A stretch of DNA of 63,291 bases, counting the filler, from Globobulimina sp. (Eukaryota): NCBI GenBank assembly GCA_003354225.1. It is 41 parts of 41 records of this genome, joined end to end, with 100 filler letters (N's around TTAATTAATTAA, not from the genome) between each part and the next. Parts side by side here need not be neighbours in the genome. Positions count along the whole stretch, not along the records: positions 1 to 1,447 come from PIVH01016524.1; positions 1,548 to 2,994 come from PIVH01016525.1; positions 3,095 to 4,541 come from PIVH01016526.1; positions 4,642 to 6,088 come from PIVH01016527.1; positions 6,189 to 7,635 come from PIVH01016528.1; positions 7,736 to 9,182 come from PIVH01016529.1; positions 9,283 to 10,729 come from PIVH01016530.1; 34 more parts are not named here. One strand, written 5' to 3'. This document shows, in pieces, positions 1 through 10,829 of this stretch. Each line of letters begins with the position of its first letter. Position 1 is the stretch's first letter. The notes under the pieces are model-generated. The model worked only from the letters and a program-made list of their open reading frames with translations. It was not told the origin of the DNA and ran no database searches. Position numbers and translations under genes: made by a program.

Positions 1-22
1 CGTGGCCTTTTTATAAAATATA

Positions 23-1447
23 CTATGCTGCTGCGTCGGAAGCTTCCTCTATGTTTCGCTTCGGTTTGCTTCTACTTTGTCGACTATTGTATATAGTTTT
101 TCTAATGTTCGCTATTGCGCCTGGCAAATTACATTCACTGATTAGATCAAATATTCGAGTAGGACAACATAGACGAAATAAAGTAATAAGGGTTACTTCA
201 AGGCAAATGACAAAAGTCCACAATTGCCATGGTGACATGGGTACAACTCCACGCAAAAATGCCCAGTAACCCTTATTTACTATTGCACTTATTGCCTCAT
301 CTCCAGTTGGGTTACCTCTTTGATCTAATCCAATTGCATTAAACAACTTTTTCTGCCATGTTACAGATTTAGCAATATCACTCAGAGTGATACGAGATTG
401 AAAAGATGAAAAATTGTTCATAATTAATTCATGGAAAATTGTTGTCCGTAAATGCAACTTATACGTTAAATTATGTAGTAAATGTGGCATTTCTGGAATA
501 TTTTTAGGGTCCAGTTTTTGCAATTCACCACTTTTACTTACATATAAATAATGTTTTCCGTCTATAAACAATGGGCGTGTAGCTGCTAACCTACATTCTT
601 GTTCCATAGAGGAGTCATGTATTATTAATGTCTGAGGATCTAAATATCCAGATATATTTTTATTCCCTAGCTCAAATTCGATTGGTATGTACTCGGTACA
701 TGTATCGTTTTGCGATAAGAAATGGTAGCTACCTCTTGGCAAAAGTTCACATGGAAAAACTTCAACAAACGAGGAACTACTACGAGCGTATAGGTTCGGT
801 GTTCCTAACAACGTACGTGCACCTAAAGTCGGCATGTATAACAAAGCATTATACATAGCTTGTGTGATTGAGTTCATAGCCATGCATGTTGATGACATAA
901 TAGAATGAAACGTAAATTGTATATTTTGTCGCATGGTTATTTCTAATGCCTGTAGCTGCGTTGCTAATTGATTTGATTCTACAATTCCTGTTTCTGCTCT
1001 CTTTTTCCTAGCTTTTGTTTTCTGTGGATCTTTTATGTGTGATTTCTGGTCATACATTGGCGCTTCATGTATAATGTTAATCGGAATTCCTTGGTCCGTC
1101 ATTATCAAACTCTCTTTCGTACGATGGTTACATCCCATTACCGTTTTATTTGTTGAAAACGTGAATGCCATAGTGCCATCTAGAGTGATAATCGCATCAC
1201 CAAGTCGTTTCCCATTTACGGTTGCAAAGTATACATATTCACAATCATATTCTTTTGCTGGATGCCAGACTAACATGGTGCCATCTGGTAGCACACATTG
1301 TTGGTCTATACATTTGCAACTAGAAACATCTCCAACACCTGATTCCATGTATGGACTGTTTCTTCGTTTGTATATGATTACTTCATGAAGTGCACAATTG
1401 TATGTATCAGTTGTATGTGTTTGACAGCACTTAAAATGCCAGTTTCC
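23..1447 (-). CDS. Class III (herpesvirus gB / chuvirus G / LTR-retrotransposon env-like) envelope glycoprotein, 5' truncated
   Basis: Frame open from contig edge (GNWHFKCC...NCAL...MESGVGDVSSC...C.LPDGTMLVW); RKKR site; QLQALE helix; PTLGARTLLG...YARSSSSFVEVFPC and CTEYIPI...GYLDPQTLII...C motifs; C-terminal TM (WQLWTFVICLEVTLITLF) and basic tail; no introns. Confidence 0.7.
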   Translation of the reverse strand, partial: GNWHFKCCQTHTTDTYNCALHEVIIYKRRNSPYMESGVGDVSSCKCIDQQCVLPDGTMLVWHPAKEYDCEYVYFATVNGKRLGDAIITLDGTMAFTFSTNKTVMGCNHRTKESLIMTDQGIPINIIHEAPMYDQKSHIKDPQKTKARKKRAETGIVESNQLATQLQALEITMRQNIQFTFHSIMSSTCMAMNSITQAMYNALLYMPTLGARTLLGTPNLYARSSSSFVEVFPCELLPRGSYHFLSQNDTCTEYIPIEFELGNKNISGYLDPQTLIIHDSSMEQECRLAATRPLFIDGKHYLYVSKSGELQKLDPKNIPEMPHLLHNLTYKLHLRTTIFHELIMNNFSSFQSRITLSDIAKSVTWQKKLFNAIGLDQRGNPTGDEAISAIVNKGYWAFLRGVVPMSPWQLWTFVICLEVTLITLFRLCCPTRIFDLISECNLPGAIANIRKTIYNSRQSRSKPKRNIEEASDAAA

Positions 1448-1547
1448 NNNNNNNNNNNNNNNNNNNNNNNNNNNNNNNNNNNNNNNNNNNNTTAATTAAT
1501 TAANNNNNNNNNNNNNNNNNNNNNNNNNNNNNNNNNNNNNNNNNNNN
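1448..1547. other. Artificial scaffold linker N44-TTAATTAATTAA-N44 (first of 40 identical copies, period 1547/1546/1545 nt; last at 61747..61846)
   Basis: Identical 100-nt spacer recurs between contigs of monotonically decreasing length; the 12-mer gives stops in all six frames. Confidence 0.99.
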
Positions 1548-2835
1548 ATTGTAATCTCAACTGTATTCCAATCTCATCGCCATCAGAAAACTTATAATCA
1601 ACAAACAAAACATATTTCTTTTTAGTGGTCATATCTAATTCCGATACGTCATATATTTTGCTATATACTGCGTCGACAAAATCATTCTCTGACATCTCTG
1701 TGGTATCATTACCATTCTTCGCCACACATCGTATCTCCACAAATAACTCATATTTCTCCTCCTTTTCGTCAAATGGCTGCTTATTATCAGATATCTTCGC
1801 AGTTAATTTAATTTGTTGCCTATGCATATCAAAACTACCCACAATCTTTGACAATGACATTGCTATTTTTGGCTGCACAGCCAACGCGACCTCATTTTTA
1901 ATCTCTTTTTCGGCATTTTCTACCTTTACTTCTGCATTTTCTACCTTTATTTCTGCGTTTTGCACCTCTTGCACCTCCTGTTTGACTTGCAATTGTTGCT
2001 CATGATGCCACTCAATATACTCATCATCGTTATCATTCGATTGCGATTCAAACAGAACCGCTTTGCCGCTATCAATCGCGCCGCCATTTTTAAGCCGTCC
2101 CAAATTATTTATTGTATCCTGAATATGCGAGAATGCGGTGAATATCATCGATATTCCAATTGGTATATACTTGAGATTCGGCGTTGAATCAACAATTTTT
2201 TTACAACTTTCAATGATTTCTAACTCTCTTTTTTCTATATCTGTGGAACTGTCATGTAACACTTATGTAAGTTATGTGAACTTATGTGAGTTATATATAT
2301 TGTTTGTTAACTGTAATAATTTATTTTCCGCATCATCTTTGACTTCAATGTTATTGGTTTGATGTGAGGTAAGTCGTTGCATGCAATTTTTTATCGCATT
2401 TGTTCGCTCCGCGTATAAATCTTCAACTTGTTTGCTTAAAATGGCTTGTCTTTCGGTTAAGATTTGTTTTAATTGCTGCATTGTTAGATTTATTTCGTAT
2501 TGACATTGTGTTTTTAATTTAGTTAATTCGTCCAAATCGTTTTCGAATTGAGATATGGCGCGGACTGTTTCGGACTTATTATTTCCAATCGATTTAATCC
2601 ATTTTAGCTCGGATTGGGTTGGATATACAATTTGTGGACGAGAAATAGAGGGTGGTTTCATTTGATGTTTGCAGCTGTCGTCACCTCCAATATGCTTTAA
2701 TTCATCTGTCACAGATAAACCACATTTGGTGCATATTAACATAATATTGTGTTCTTGTGTTGTTGCTGAAGAAAATAGGGAATTGTAAGCCGGTGGTTGA
2801 GCATCTTCGACATCAGTAGTGTTTGATTGCTCCAT
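1548..2835 (-). CDS. Coiled-coil protein with small CxxC..H..C motif, interrupted by an 18-nt insert carrying two in-frame TAA (2263..2280)
   Basis: ORFs 2272..2895 and 1492..2262 are in the same frame; long heptad-like helix; E/K/V-rich repeats AE(I/V)KVEN. Confidence 0.5.
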
Positions 2836-3094
2836 GTTTTTTAAAAAGGGTTTGAGAGTTTTAAAGCACAAAGCTTTTTTCCTATTTTCACACATTTAGC
2901 ATGGAAGGTTTCTATTTAATTTCCCTAATATGGATAATAAACCTAGATGTCGGCTAGCGACATTGACTCCTGGGTAATTTTTTTTTTTTTTTTTNNNNNN
3001 NNNNNNNNNNNNNNNNNNNNNNNNNNNNNNNNNNNNNNTTAATTAATTAANNNNNNNNNNNNNNNNNNNNNNNNNNNNNNNNNNNNNNNNNNNN

Positions 3095-4541
3095 CTCAGC
3101 ATATAATTTTATTGCTTTATCAGCTCCAAACTGTTTGATCCAACAAAAGCGCCAATTATACAAAATCCACGTTATTTGAATCTGCGATAAAGGCGGAAAT
3201 ATTGGTGTTATCATATGAGACTTTTCGTGTTTTTTGGCAATTTGTAAATTTCTTTCTTTCTTTCCTTTTATATGAAATATTGTGGTTTCTCTTACTTTTC
3301 CCATAAACTTTATTCTTTGCTCAGATTCTAAGTTTTGTAACGGATCTGCTACAAAACCAAAATGTTTTGAATGTTTTCCAAATGCTCCATAGGAAAATTC
3401 TGAATTTCTTTTCCATTCAAATGGTGTTATCACTGAGCTTGATTTTATTTCCATGCCGTTATTTATATATTTTTTAGCTGAAAGCAATGGCTCTTTTGGT
3501 TGATACGCATTTGGTATTTGGTGCAACATCCAATGATCACCATATTTTATACGAAATGCCGACTCAATCTCAACAAACCCAAAATTAGCGGGAGACCACG
3601 TCTGAAGGACAGACTGTTCTTTTTCAAACCTGCTTTGTGAGCATTTATGTTTACGCCGCAAACAGCCACGCTCCAATTCCATATTCAACGACAACTTCGT
3701 ATTCATCTCATCATAATATAATATATTTGGATTAATGGCTTTGCAGCCAATGAAATCACAATCAAATGCTGCAAAATATAGCTGTCTGCCTTCAATTATT
3801 ATCTGCTGCAAATCTGACGATGATAGCATTATATCTAAAACTTGTTTAATATCTGCATATTTTGTGTCATCTCTGTTCATATTCCACGAAGAAGCAGAAA
3901 TATACATTTCTCGGTAAAAATAATCCATATAATTTTGAAATTTGTTTGGTACATTCTCAAAATCGCTCATTGTTGAACCTGACTGATCCAATCCGATTGC
4001 ATTAAATATTAATCTCGATGTTGCTTTATAATAATTATTTTATTGGAATTAAATGTAAATTAAAATTAAATATAAAATATAATATAATTATTAATAAAAA
4101 TACCGAGATTATTTGCTAAATTATTGAATGTTTTGCTGCTTCGTGCAGTCGACAGTAATGTTTTGGGTAAAAAATAAAATCTGGATAAAACTGCATATTC
4201 CTTCATTTCTTTTCTATCATCGGGTGCTTTTTTACATAAAATACGAAATATATCTTGAATTTGACACTGTAGGAAATAGCTAGGATTAGGAATGAGTACA
4301 ATGTGTAATTTGGTTAGAAAGTGTTTTGTATACCAAACTGTTTTGTATTTATACAATTTTCGGCCATAATGAGATTGAATAAGGTTTAGATTCTTATCAA
4401 AGTGTTTATTGTCACAATCAATCATGCCATTTAATACGGGGTGATCTATTTCTTTGTCTCTCGAAAAAATATAACATTGTTTAACTGCATCCCATGGACA
4501 TAACTCATCGCTAAGGAAATCAGTATCTAATTCCGGATATT
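3095..4541 (-). CDS. Hypothetical protein, two exons (intron 4024..4103); weak resemblance to CACTA/Plavaka-type DDE transposases
   Basis: GT..AG intron of 80 nt joins ORF 4066..4425 in frame to ORF 3047..3991 (NNLA|TSRLIFNAIGLDQSG); family assignment is tentative. Confidence 0.5.
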
Positions 4542-4641
4542 NNNNNNNNNNNNNNNNNNNNNNNNNNNNNNNNNNNNNNNNNNNNTTAATTAATTAANNN
4601 NNNNNNNNNNNNNNNNNNNNNNNNNNNNNNNNNNNNNNNNN

Positions 4642-6088
4642 CTTATTTGGAGATGGAGAAACCTGTATTCACAGAATATTGCATTGCGACGATCCCGCAA
4701 TGTCTAAATTAATATTATCCGCTGTTGTAACTAACAAACAATTAATGTGTCATACAAAGGACGGTGACACCGTTTTGCTGTATGGTGTGGGTAAAAGAAT
4801 TGGCCATCAGTCTATGAAATTAATTTTAGATAAATTTGTCAGTAAAAATGACATTGTTTTTGACTTTATCGCAGAAGACACAAAAGTAAGAGTAACAGCG
4901 GCTAAGTTAGCGTACGGAAACGGGGACAAACAATATCAAGATTTAATAATTTCGTATTTATCTGACGATCAAAAATATATCGCAATGCTCGGTGCTGTAT
5001 TTAGTGATAGCGAGTTTACCAAAATACCATCAATATTAGCTTCATTATCTGCGCAGAGTAAAGCAGCAAATTTAAAACACAAATTAGTGCGTTCGAAAGA
5101 TGCTGGAAATATAACATTATTATATACTGCGACAAATTACAGACAAAACAAGGTCGTGGATTGGATTTTTGATGAAGAAATTAAGGAAAAGGATGATCCG
5201 ATATTATTAGCTGCAAAGAGTGGAGTTAATTGGACTCCGTTATGTCCGATGGTAAGGTCTGGCAAAGCAGATTATGTCGAAAAATATTTCAATAAATTAC
5301 AGCCCAAAACGAGACTGCAACAATGTTTAAATAAAGGATATTTTTACGACAACAAAGGTTTATTGAAACAAGGATTAAATAAAATAGACAGTGAAACAGT
5401 ACTAAATAATGTAATTTTGTCATTATTGCGATTGGAAGAGATCACAGATGATATTGCAGATAATTTTGATATTATGTTTTATTTATTTGAATTTTTAGTA
5501 AAATGTAAAACTGCAAATGAAAATATTCAAACTTTAGAGATGTTATTATCCATCGCAACAAAACCAATGAGAATAAAATTATTTAATAATTATCAAGACT
5601 TACGAGATTGGAATGCATTGAAACAGACAGCAACGAGAGAAAAAAAGAAAGTGTTTGAGTTTTTAATCAATGCTGCCGGCGCCCAGCAAATAGATATTAT
5701 TAAAACATTGAATGATTGGTATAATCCCAAAGTGCAGCAAGAATTTCCAAGCGTATTACACAAATGTTGTAAAGATGGTGATATGGACTTATTTAATTTA
5801 GTAATAGCTGCATACGATGATAATAAAGAAAACTCCGATCAACAATTAACAAAATGTGATTCGGATAACAACAATGCATTACATTATGCAGTCCGATATG
5901 ATAAAATTGACTGCGTCTTATATATTTTAAACAAAATAAAAACGGATACAGAAAGAATACAAATATTCACACGCGATTCAAATAAACATGAAAATATATT
6001 TGATGTTGTAAGCTCCGCAAAATGTAAAGATATTTTAAAATCGGCAGTGATCGCTATTTTAAGAAATATTAAAACAAATAAAATTAAA
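4642..6088 (+). CDS. Ankyrin-repeat protein (partial)
   Basis: Whole-contig ORF with ankyrin-like units: GETCIHRIL, GDTVLLYGV, NITLLYTA, NWTPLCPMV, SVLHKCCKDGD, NNNALHYAVRYDKIDCVLYIL. Confidence 0.8.
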
Positions 6089-6188
6089 NNNNNNNNNNNN
6101 NNNNNNNNNNNNNNNNNNNNNNNNNNNNNNNNTTAATTAATTAANNNNNNNNNNNNNNNNNNNNNNNNNNNNNNNNNNNNNNNNNNNN

Positions 6189-6993
6189 TATTAAAATAAC
6201 AATGCGTCACAAAAGACACCAATATACAAAAAAATAAGACTGCAAATATAACACCAAAAAATAAGACAGCAAATTTATCGGATATATCTACATCGGAATT
6301 ATCATAACGTTCAACAGAATCACTTCCATTATTGTTGATGTCCGTGCTTTTGATAATATCATCCACATTGGCACTACGAAATGGTGCAGGGGTCGGGTTA
6401 TAGGACGGAAGTGGTGTTGGTGACGTCGTTGCAATTGGTGATGGAGATGGAATTTGTGTTGATTTTGTTGGTGATATTGTTGGTGATAATGTTGGATTTA
6501 TAGTTGGATATTTTGTAGGTTTATATGTATGATGTAAAATGGAACCAAATTCACATGGAATGGTGTGGTGGGTTTGCCAGTTATTATTTTGTAAGTTGAC
6601 TGTAATTGTATCACATCCGCCGGTTTCATCAACAATACATATCGGTATAAGTCCTGCATCGTATTCTTTGTTATCTACTTTTATATGACCTAAACATAAT
6701 TGATCTGAGCCATCTAAAACTATTTGCGCTTTGGTGATGGATCCAATATCTTGATTTGTGATATAATCGTAGCTATATAGTTTTCCTTGCGATGGCCAAC
6801 CTTGTGCTACGTTGGTGAATTTCCCGCAAATATTGTTATTACAAAGACGAAAATATACTGTGTCTTCTGTTGCGGGAGCAAACCAAATTTGACTTGACGT
6901 ATATGCTTCAAATTGGAAAGTCTGTTTACCATATGATAGGATTATGAGAAATAGTGCTATTAATACCGATAAATTGTGCAGAAAAGAAACCAT
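6189..6993 (-). CDS. Type I membrane protein: signal peptide, PLAT/LH2-like beta domain, PTxxPT mucin-like stalk, TM helix
   Basis: Hydrophobic N-terminus; YTS...ATEDTVYFRL...DIGSITKAQI...GSDQLCLGHIKVD; PTKYPTINPTLSPTISPT; TM FAVLFFGVIFAVLFFCILVSFV. Confidence 0.65.
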
Positions 6994-7052
6994 GATGCAA
7001 AGGACTCAAAAACTTTTTTATCTTTTACGCAATTAAACTTTCACCTCAAAAC

Positions 7053-7635
7053 ATGTTGAAGCAACTCGAAATGAAAATAATTAAAGAGAGGGAGGAATTG
7101 GTACAACAATTAGAATTAAAATACATGATTCACATTAACTCATTATTGCAACAAAAATTATTACTCACAGCAAAGATCCGGAGAAGTTACGACCAGCTAT
7201 TAAAACATGTCACGAATCATGACAGACAAACAGATACAAATAAATTGAAACAAAATATTCTTTCGCTGTTCACAAATAATCACAACAATAATACCGTCAC
7301 AGTTTTGAGTGCACAACAAACCGCAAATCAACAGCAAAGTAATGCAAATTCTGTGAATCACAACATGCTTAATAATGATTACAACAATAATCATAATAAT
7401 AATATAGATAATGGATCTGACCCAGAAGCAGTGCGTGCTGTTATCAATAAAAACGATAAAAACAACAAAAAACACAAGAGAAAGAGAAATGAAATCATTG
7501 TAAAAAATAAATACTGGCATTCTAAATATGAGAAAGCTACATCGATAATTACGCAAATATTGACTGTAAACAAAGGATTTGCAAAGAAAACGTTAATAAG
7601 CCAAACAATCCAGACCTACAATAATGGCATGCGTT
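7053..7635 (+). CDS. Hypothetical protein, N-terminal coiled coil, Asn-rich linker, basic NLS-like patch (partial)
   Basis: Open to contig end; KKHKRKR; divergent from the PLAT-like gene with a 59-bp spacer. Confidence 0.5.
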
Positions 7636-7735
7636 NNNNNNNNNNNNNNNNNNNNNNNNNNNNNNNNNNNNNNNNNNNNTTAATTAATTAANNNNNNNNN
7701 NNNNNNNNNNNNNNNNNNNNNNNNNNNNNNNNNNN

Positions 7736-8697
7736 CATTTCCATGGATGATGCTTTGGTGCCGCTGATATAGTGATTATTTGTGGAATTTGTGTATCTTT
7801 ATCAATGTAACAATTTGGTACATTATAACCTTCCGGATATGGAGTGGCATGACTTCGTATTATAGCAATTAAATTATTGTTGTCTAGAAACGTTTTTATG
7901 GCATCAACACCAAAGACATACGAACATTGTCTCCTGTCATTATAAGCAAACCATGTCATTGGCTCTTCCTCCTCATCACCACAATCATTATAATACTCCT
8001 CTTCATCCACGGGATCACTCCACAACAAATCACAAAATGGACCTTCTTTTGGTACCTCTTGGAACAGGTCAATTCTTTTAATATAACTCAATGTGAATAT
8101 ATCTGGCGACAAACCACCCGACACACAAAGAATAGTATCATTTATTACTGCGGCAATCGGCAAATTATCGAATAATGCCATGATGGAGTCATATAATAAT
8201 TGATTGTATTTATATATTACTTCATCTTTAAAGTTAAACAATTTTGTTAATGTTCGGCTGTCATTATTTCCACGAAGCAAATGAAACGTTTTTGGAAACA
8301 TTAATTTGTGCGCACATAAATATAAAAGTACCTCCATACCAAAGCATCCTCTGTTAACATAATTGCCTAAAAATAAATATTCAGTGTCTGATGGATCGTC
8401 GCCGGCTTCTATGGCTCGTAATAAATCGCAAAATTGTCCACGGATATCACCACAAATTGAAATCGGATCTGATAATTGCAACAGATTTGCTTCTTTACGC
8501 AATAATTCTGACGTTTTGTTTATTATTTGCAATGCATCTGAGATTTCTAAACGACTTTCTTTGTTCAAATGATTTTTTAATGCATCTAAATCAATTTGCT
8601 TCTCATTATTTGGAAAGAGTACACTGTGTAACATTGGATACGTTGGTGGCTGCAAAACATCTCTCATTATTCTATCTTCATCAAAATAAAACGACCA
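7736..8697 (-). CDS. Calcineurin A (PP2B)-like PPP phosphatase with degenerate catalytic motifs (partial)
   Basis: DRIMRDVLQPP N-terminus, LKNHLNKESRL, ICGDIRGQFCDL, YLFLGNYVNRG, LLRGNNDSR, GLSPDI, GPFCDLLWSDP, RQCSYVFG, LIAIIRSH, ITISAAP. Confidence 0.88.
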
Positions 8698-9160
8698 ACA
8701 TATTGCAAATAGTGATGAGCATGATCCTCATGGTTATTCAGAAGAGTCTAGCGTGAATGCTATTACTCAACAGGATAAACGAATGCGTAAGCTAGATGGA
8801 TTATTATCTGAGATAGAAGGAGTAAAGATATTTGGTGATCCCAATGCAGATATTTTAGTTGTAGGATGGGGATCTACTAAGGGAGTAATTATTGATGCAA
8901 TTAATCAAATATCTAGGGAGGGAATTTCAGTGAAATTTATGCAAGTAATGTTTATGTCTCCACTTCCAGAGCAGGAAATTATTGAAGCTATGGATAATGC
9001 AACTACAAAAATTATATTTGAAAATAATTACAGTGGTCAGCTGGCTGGATTAATTAGAGAGCGTACTGGTAGTGAATTTGATTTTACATACCTTAAGTAT
9101 GATGGTCGTCCATTTTGGAGACAAGAAATTGTTGACTACTTATTAGAAATTGGAAAATAA
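8696..9160 (+). CDS. korA: 2-oxoacid:ferredoxin oxidoreductase alpha subunit, C-terminal fragment (prokaryotic)
   Basis: HIANSDEHDPHGYSEE...KRMRKL, ILVVGWGSTKGVI, ENNYSGQLAGLI, LKYDGRPF motifs; followed 4 nt later by ATG. Confidence 0.88.
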   Translation, partial: QHIANSDEHDPHGYSEESSVNAITQQDKRMRKLDGLLSEIEGVKIFGDPNADILVVGWGSTKGVIIDAINQISREGISVKFMQVMFMSPLPEQEIIEAMDNATTKIIFENNYSGQLAGLIRERTGSEFDFTYLKYDGRPFWRQEIVDYLLEIGK

Positions 9161-9164
9161 GTCT

Positions 9165-9182
9165 ATGCCTGAATTTAAAGCA
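9165..9182 (+). CDS. Probable start of 2-oxoacid:ferredoxin oxidoreductase beta subunit (MPEFKA..., truncated)
   Basis: ATG 4 nt after the alpha stop; inferred only from the usual alpha-beta operon order. Confidence 0.35.
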
Positions 9183-9282
9183 NNNNNNNNNNNNNNNNNN
9201 NNNNNNNNNNNNNNNNNNNNNNNNNNTTAATTAATTAANNNNNNNNNNNNNNNNNNNNNNNNNNNNNNNNNNNNNNNNNNNN

Positions 9283-9735
9283 TAATTGGATTAGATGTTT
9301 GGTTTGATCGAGATCATATATTACCACTTTATGACGCGGGCGTAGGTAATACAGCGGATAAAGGTGCGGTGATTGCAGCCAAATTGGCAGAGTTAGGTTT
9401 AGATGAAGGGCCCTCGCAATGTATATTTGCTGAGGATAGCATTGGGAATATCGAGCATTCGGTGGATATTTGTGATACAGTATTCATTCAAGAAAGGGAT
9501 GGCGTGGATGAGACTGATTTAAATTATGTGGAGGCCAGTTAAGTATTTATGCGAATTTGCGGAGTTTACTGAATTATACAAAACAACATATTTTCTATTT
9601 ATATTTAGGAGGATTGTTTTTTCCAAAGGAATATGTTAATTTCGTGGATGATGCAACAACTGATGTTCCCACGACTTCATCTGATGTCAATGCCACTGAT
9701 CCGGGTGAAGGGGATGATGCCAATGTCAATGTTCC
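9283..9735 (+). CDS. HAD-like hydrolase C-terminal fragment (intron 9538..9608)
   Basis: Manual translation IGLDVWFD...DKGAVIAAKL...QCIFAEDSIGNIEHSVDICDTVFIQERDG resembles HAD motifs III/IV; GT..AG intron continues in frame into RGLFFPKEY. Confidence 0.45.
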
Positions 9736-10114
9736 TTCCTATTTTTTCCTTTTTTTAGTTTTCTTCCTATTTTTTCCACCAGGTGGCATTGTTTAACTTT
9801 GTTTTTGCAAGTAAATTTTTAATGGGAAATGGTGACAGGTCTCAAATTTTGCAAGTCACAATGTTATTTTTTGTATTTTTTATATGTTCGCCAAATGCGT
9901 ACATTTACATTTTTGTTTCTCCTCCATATCGTCAAATATTGTTAAATGTATTTATTTTCAATTCATTCCGTGTTCATTGGCTTCTACTGTCTTGCACAAA
10001 TTGAACAAAAAATCAAAGACAACACAATTTGAATTTAGTTATAATTAAAAGACAACACAAAATTCACTCTTAAAAAATAATGTACTATTATTTAAATTTA
10101 TATATAATATATAT

Positions 10115-10729
10115 TTATTTTTTTAATGCCTGACGTTGCAACAACTCTGATATTGTATAAAACTCATATATAACTTTGGTATTTTGGACCCAATGCTCAA
10201 TTTGATTTTGCCCTCTTTGTACCCACTCTTTTAAATCTCGTGGTGCTTTCCCCACAACATTTTGACACATTTGCTGTTCAGAACACGAGTCAAATTCTAC
10301 CAATTCCTGTTCCTGTCTGTTTCCATACCCATTCACAACATTTGCCACAGGTTTGCAACTTCTACGACATCCACAGCACCCACAACAACACACAAATATC
10401 CCTCGAAAGATCCGCTTTCCGTAATAAATTAACGAAAATCCAATCCAAAACACAAAACAAAGGGAAGCACAGATAATCTCAATATATGCCACATGATGTT
10501 CCTTCAAACCGAGCTGTTCGTATTGCATTAACGACGGGACTGAAACATTTAAAATAATTAATGCCTGGATGGCATAGGCAGCCATAATATACCAATCAAT
10601 TATTTCCATAAAACAAGTTTGCGGCAATTGCTGTCCAACAACATTCTGAAATGCGGTAAAAGTCAATAAAACAGTAACCGCAACAGATAGTCGCCCACCG
10701 ATATAATCCATATATGTCGGTATTGCATA
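10115..10729 (-). CDS. Pentameric ligand-gated ion channel, transmembrane region M2-M4 (5' truncated)
   Basis: GGRLSVAVTVLLTFTAF (M2), LPQTCFMEIIDWY (M2-M3 loop, LP...D.Y), M3 and M4 helices, Cys-rich tail. Confidence 0.8.
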   Translation of the reverse strand, partial: YAIPTYMDYIGGRLSVAVTVLLTFTAFQNVVGQQLPQTCFMEIIDWYIMAAYAIQALIILNVSVPSLMQYEQLGLKEHHVAYIEIICASLCFVFWIGFSLIYYGKRIFRGIFVCCCGCCGCRRSCKPVANVVNGYGNRQEQELVEFDSCSEQQMCQNVVGKAPRDLKEWVQRGQNQIEHWVQNTKVIYEFYTISELLQRQALKK

Positions 10730-10829
10730 NNNNNNNNNNNNNNNNNNNNNNNNNNNNNNNNNNNNNNNNNNNNTTAATTAATTAANNNNNNNNNNNNNNN
10801 NNNNNNNNNNNNNNNNNNNNNNNNNNNNN

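Noticed and set aside
2947-2994. 6-bp hairpin followed by a poly-T run (terminator-like)
   Set aside because: T-run is 14 nt from the stem, at a contig end, in eukaryotic context; more likely a homopolymer assembly break.
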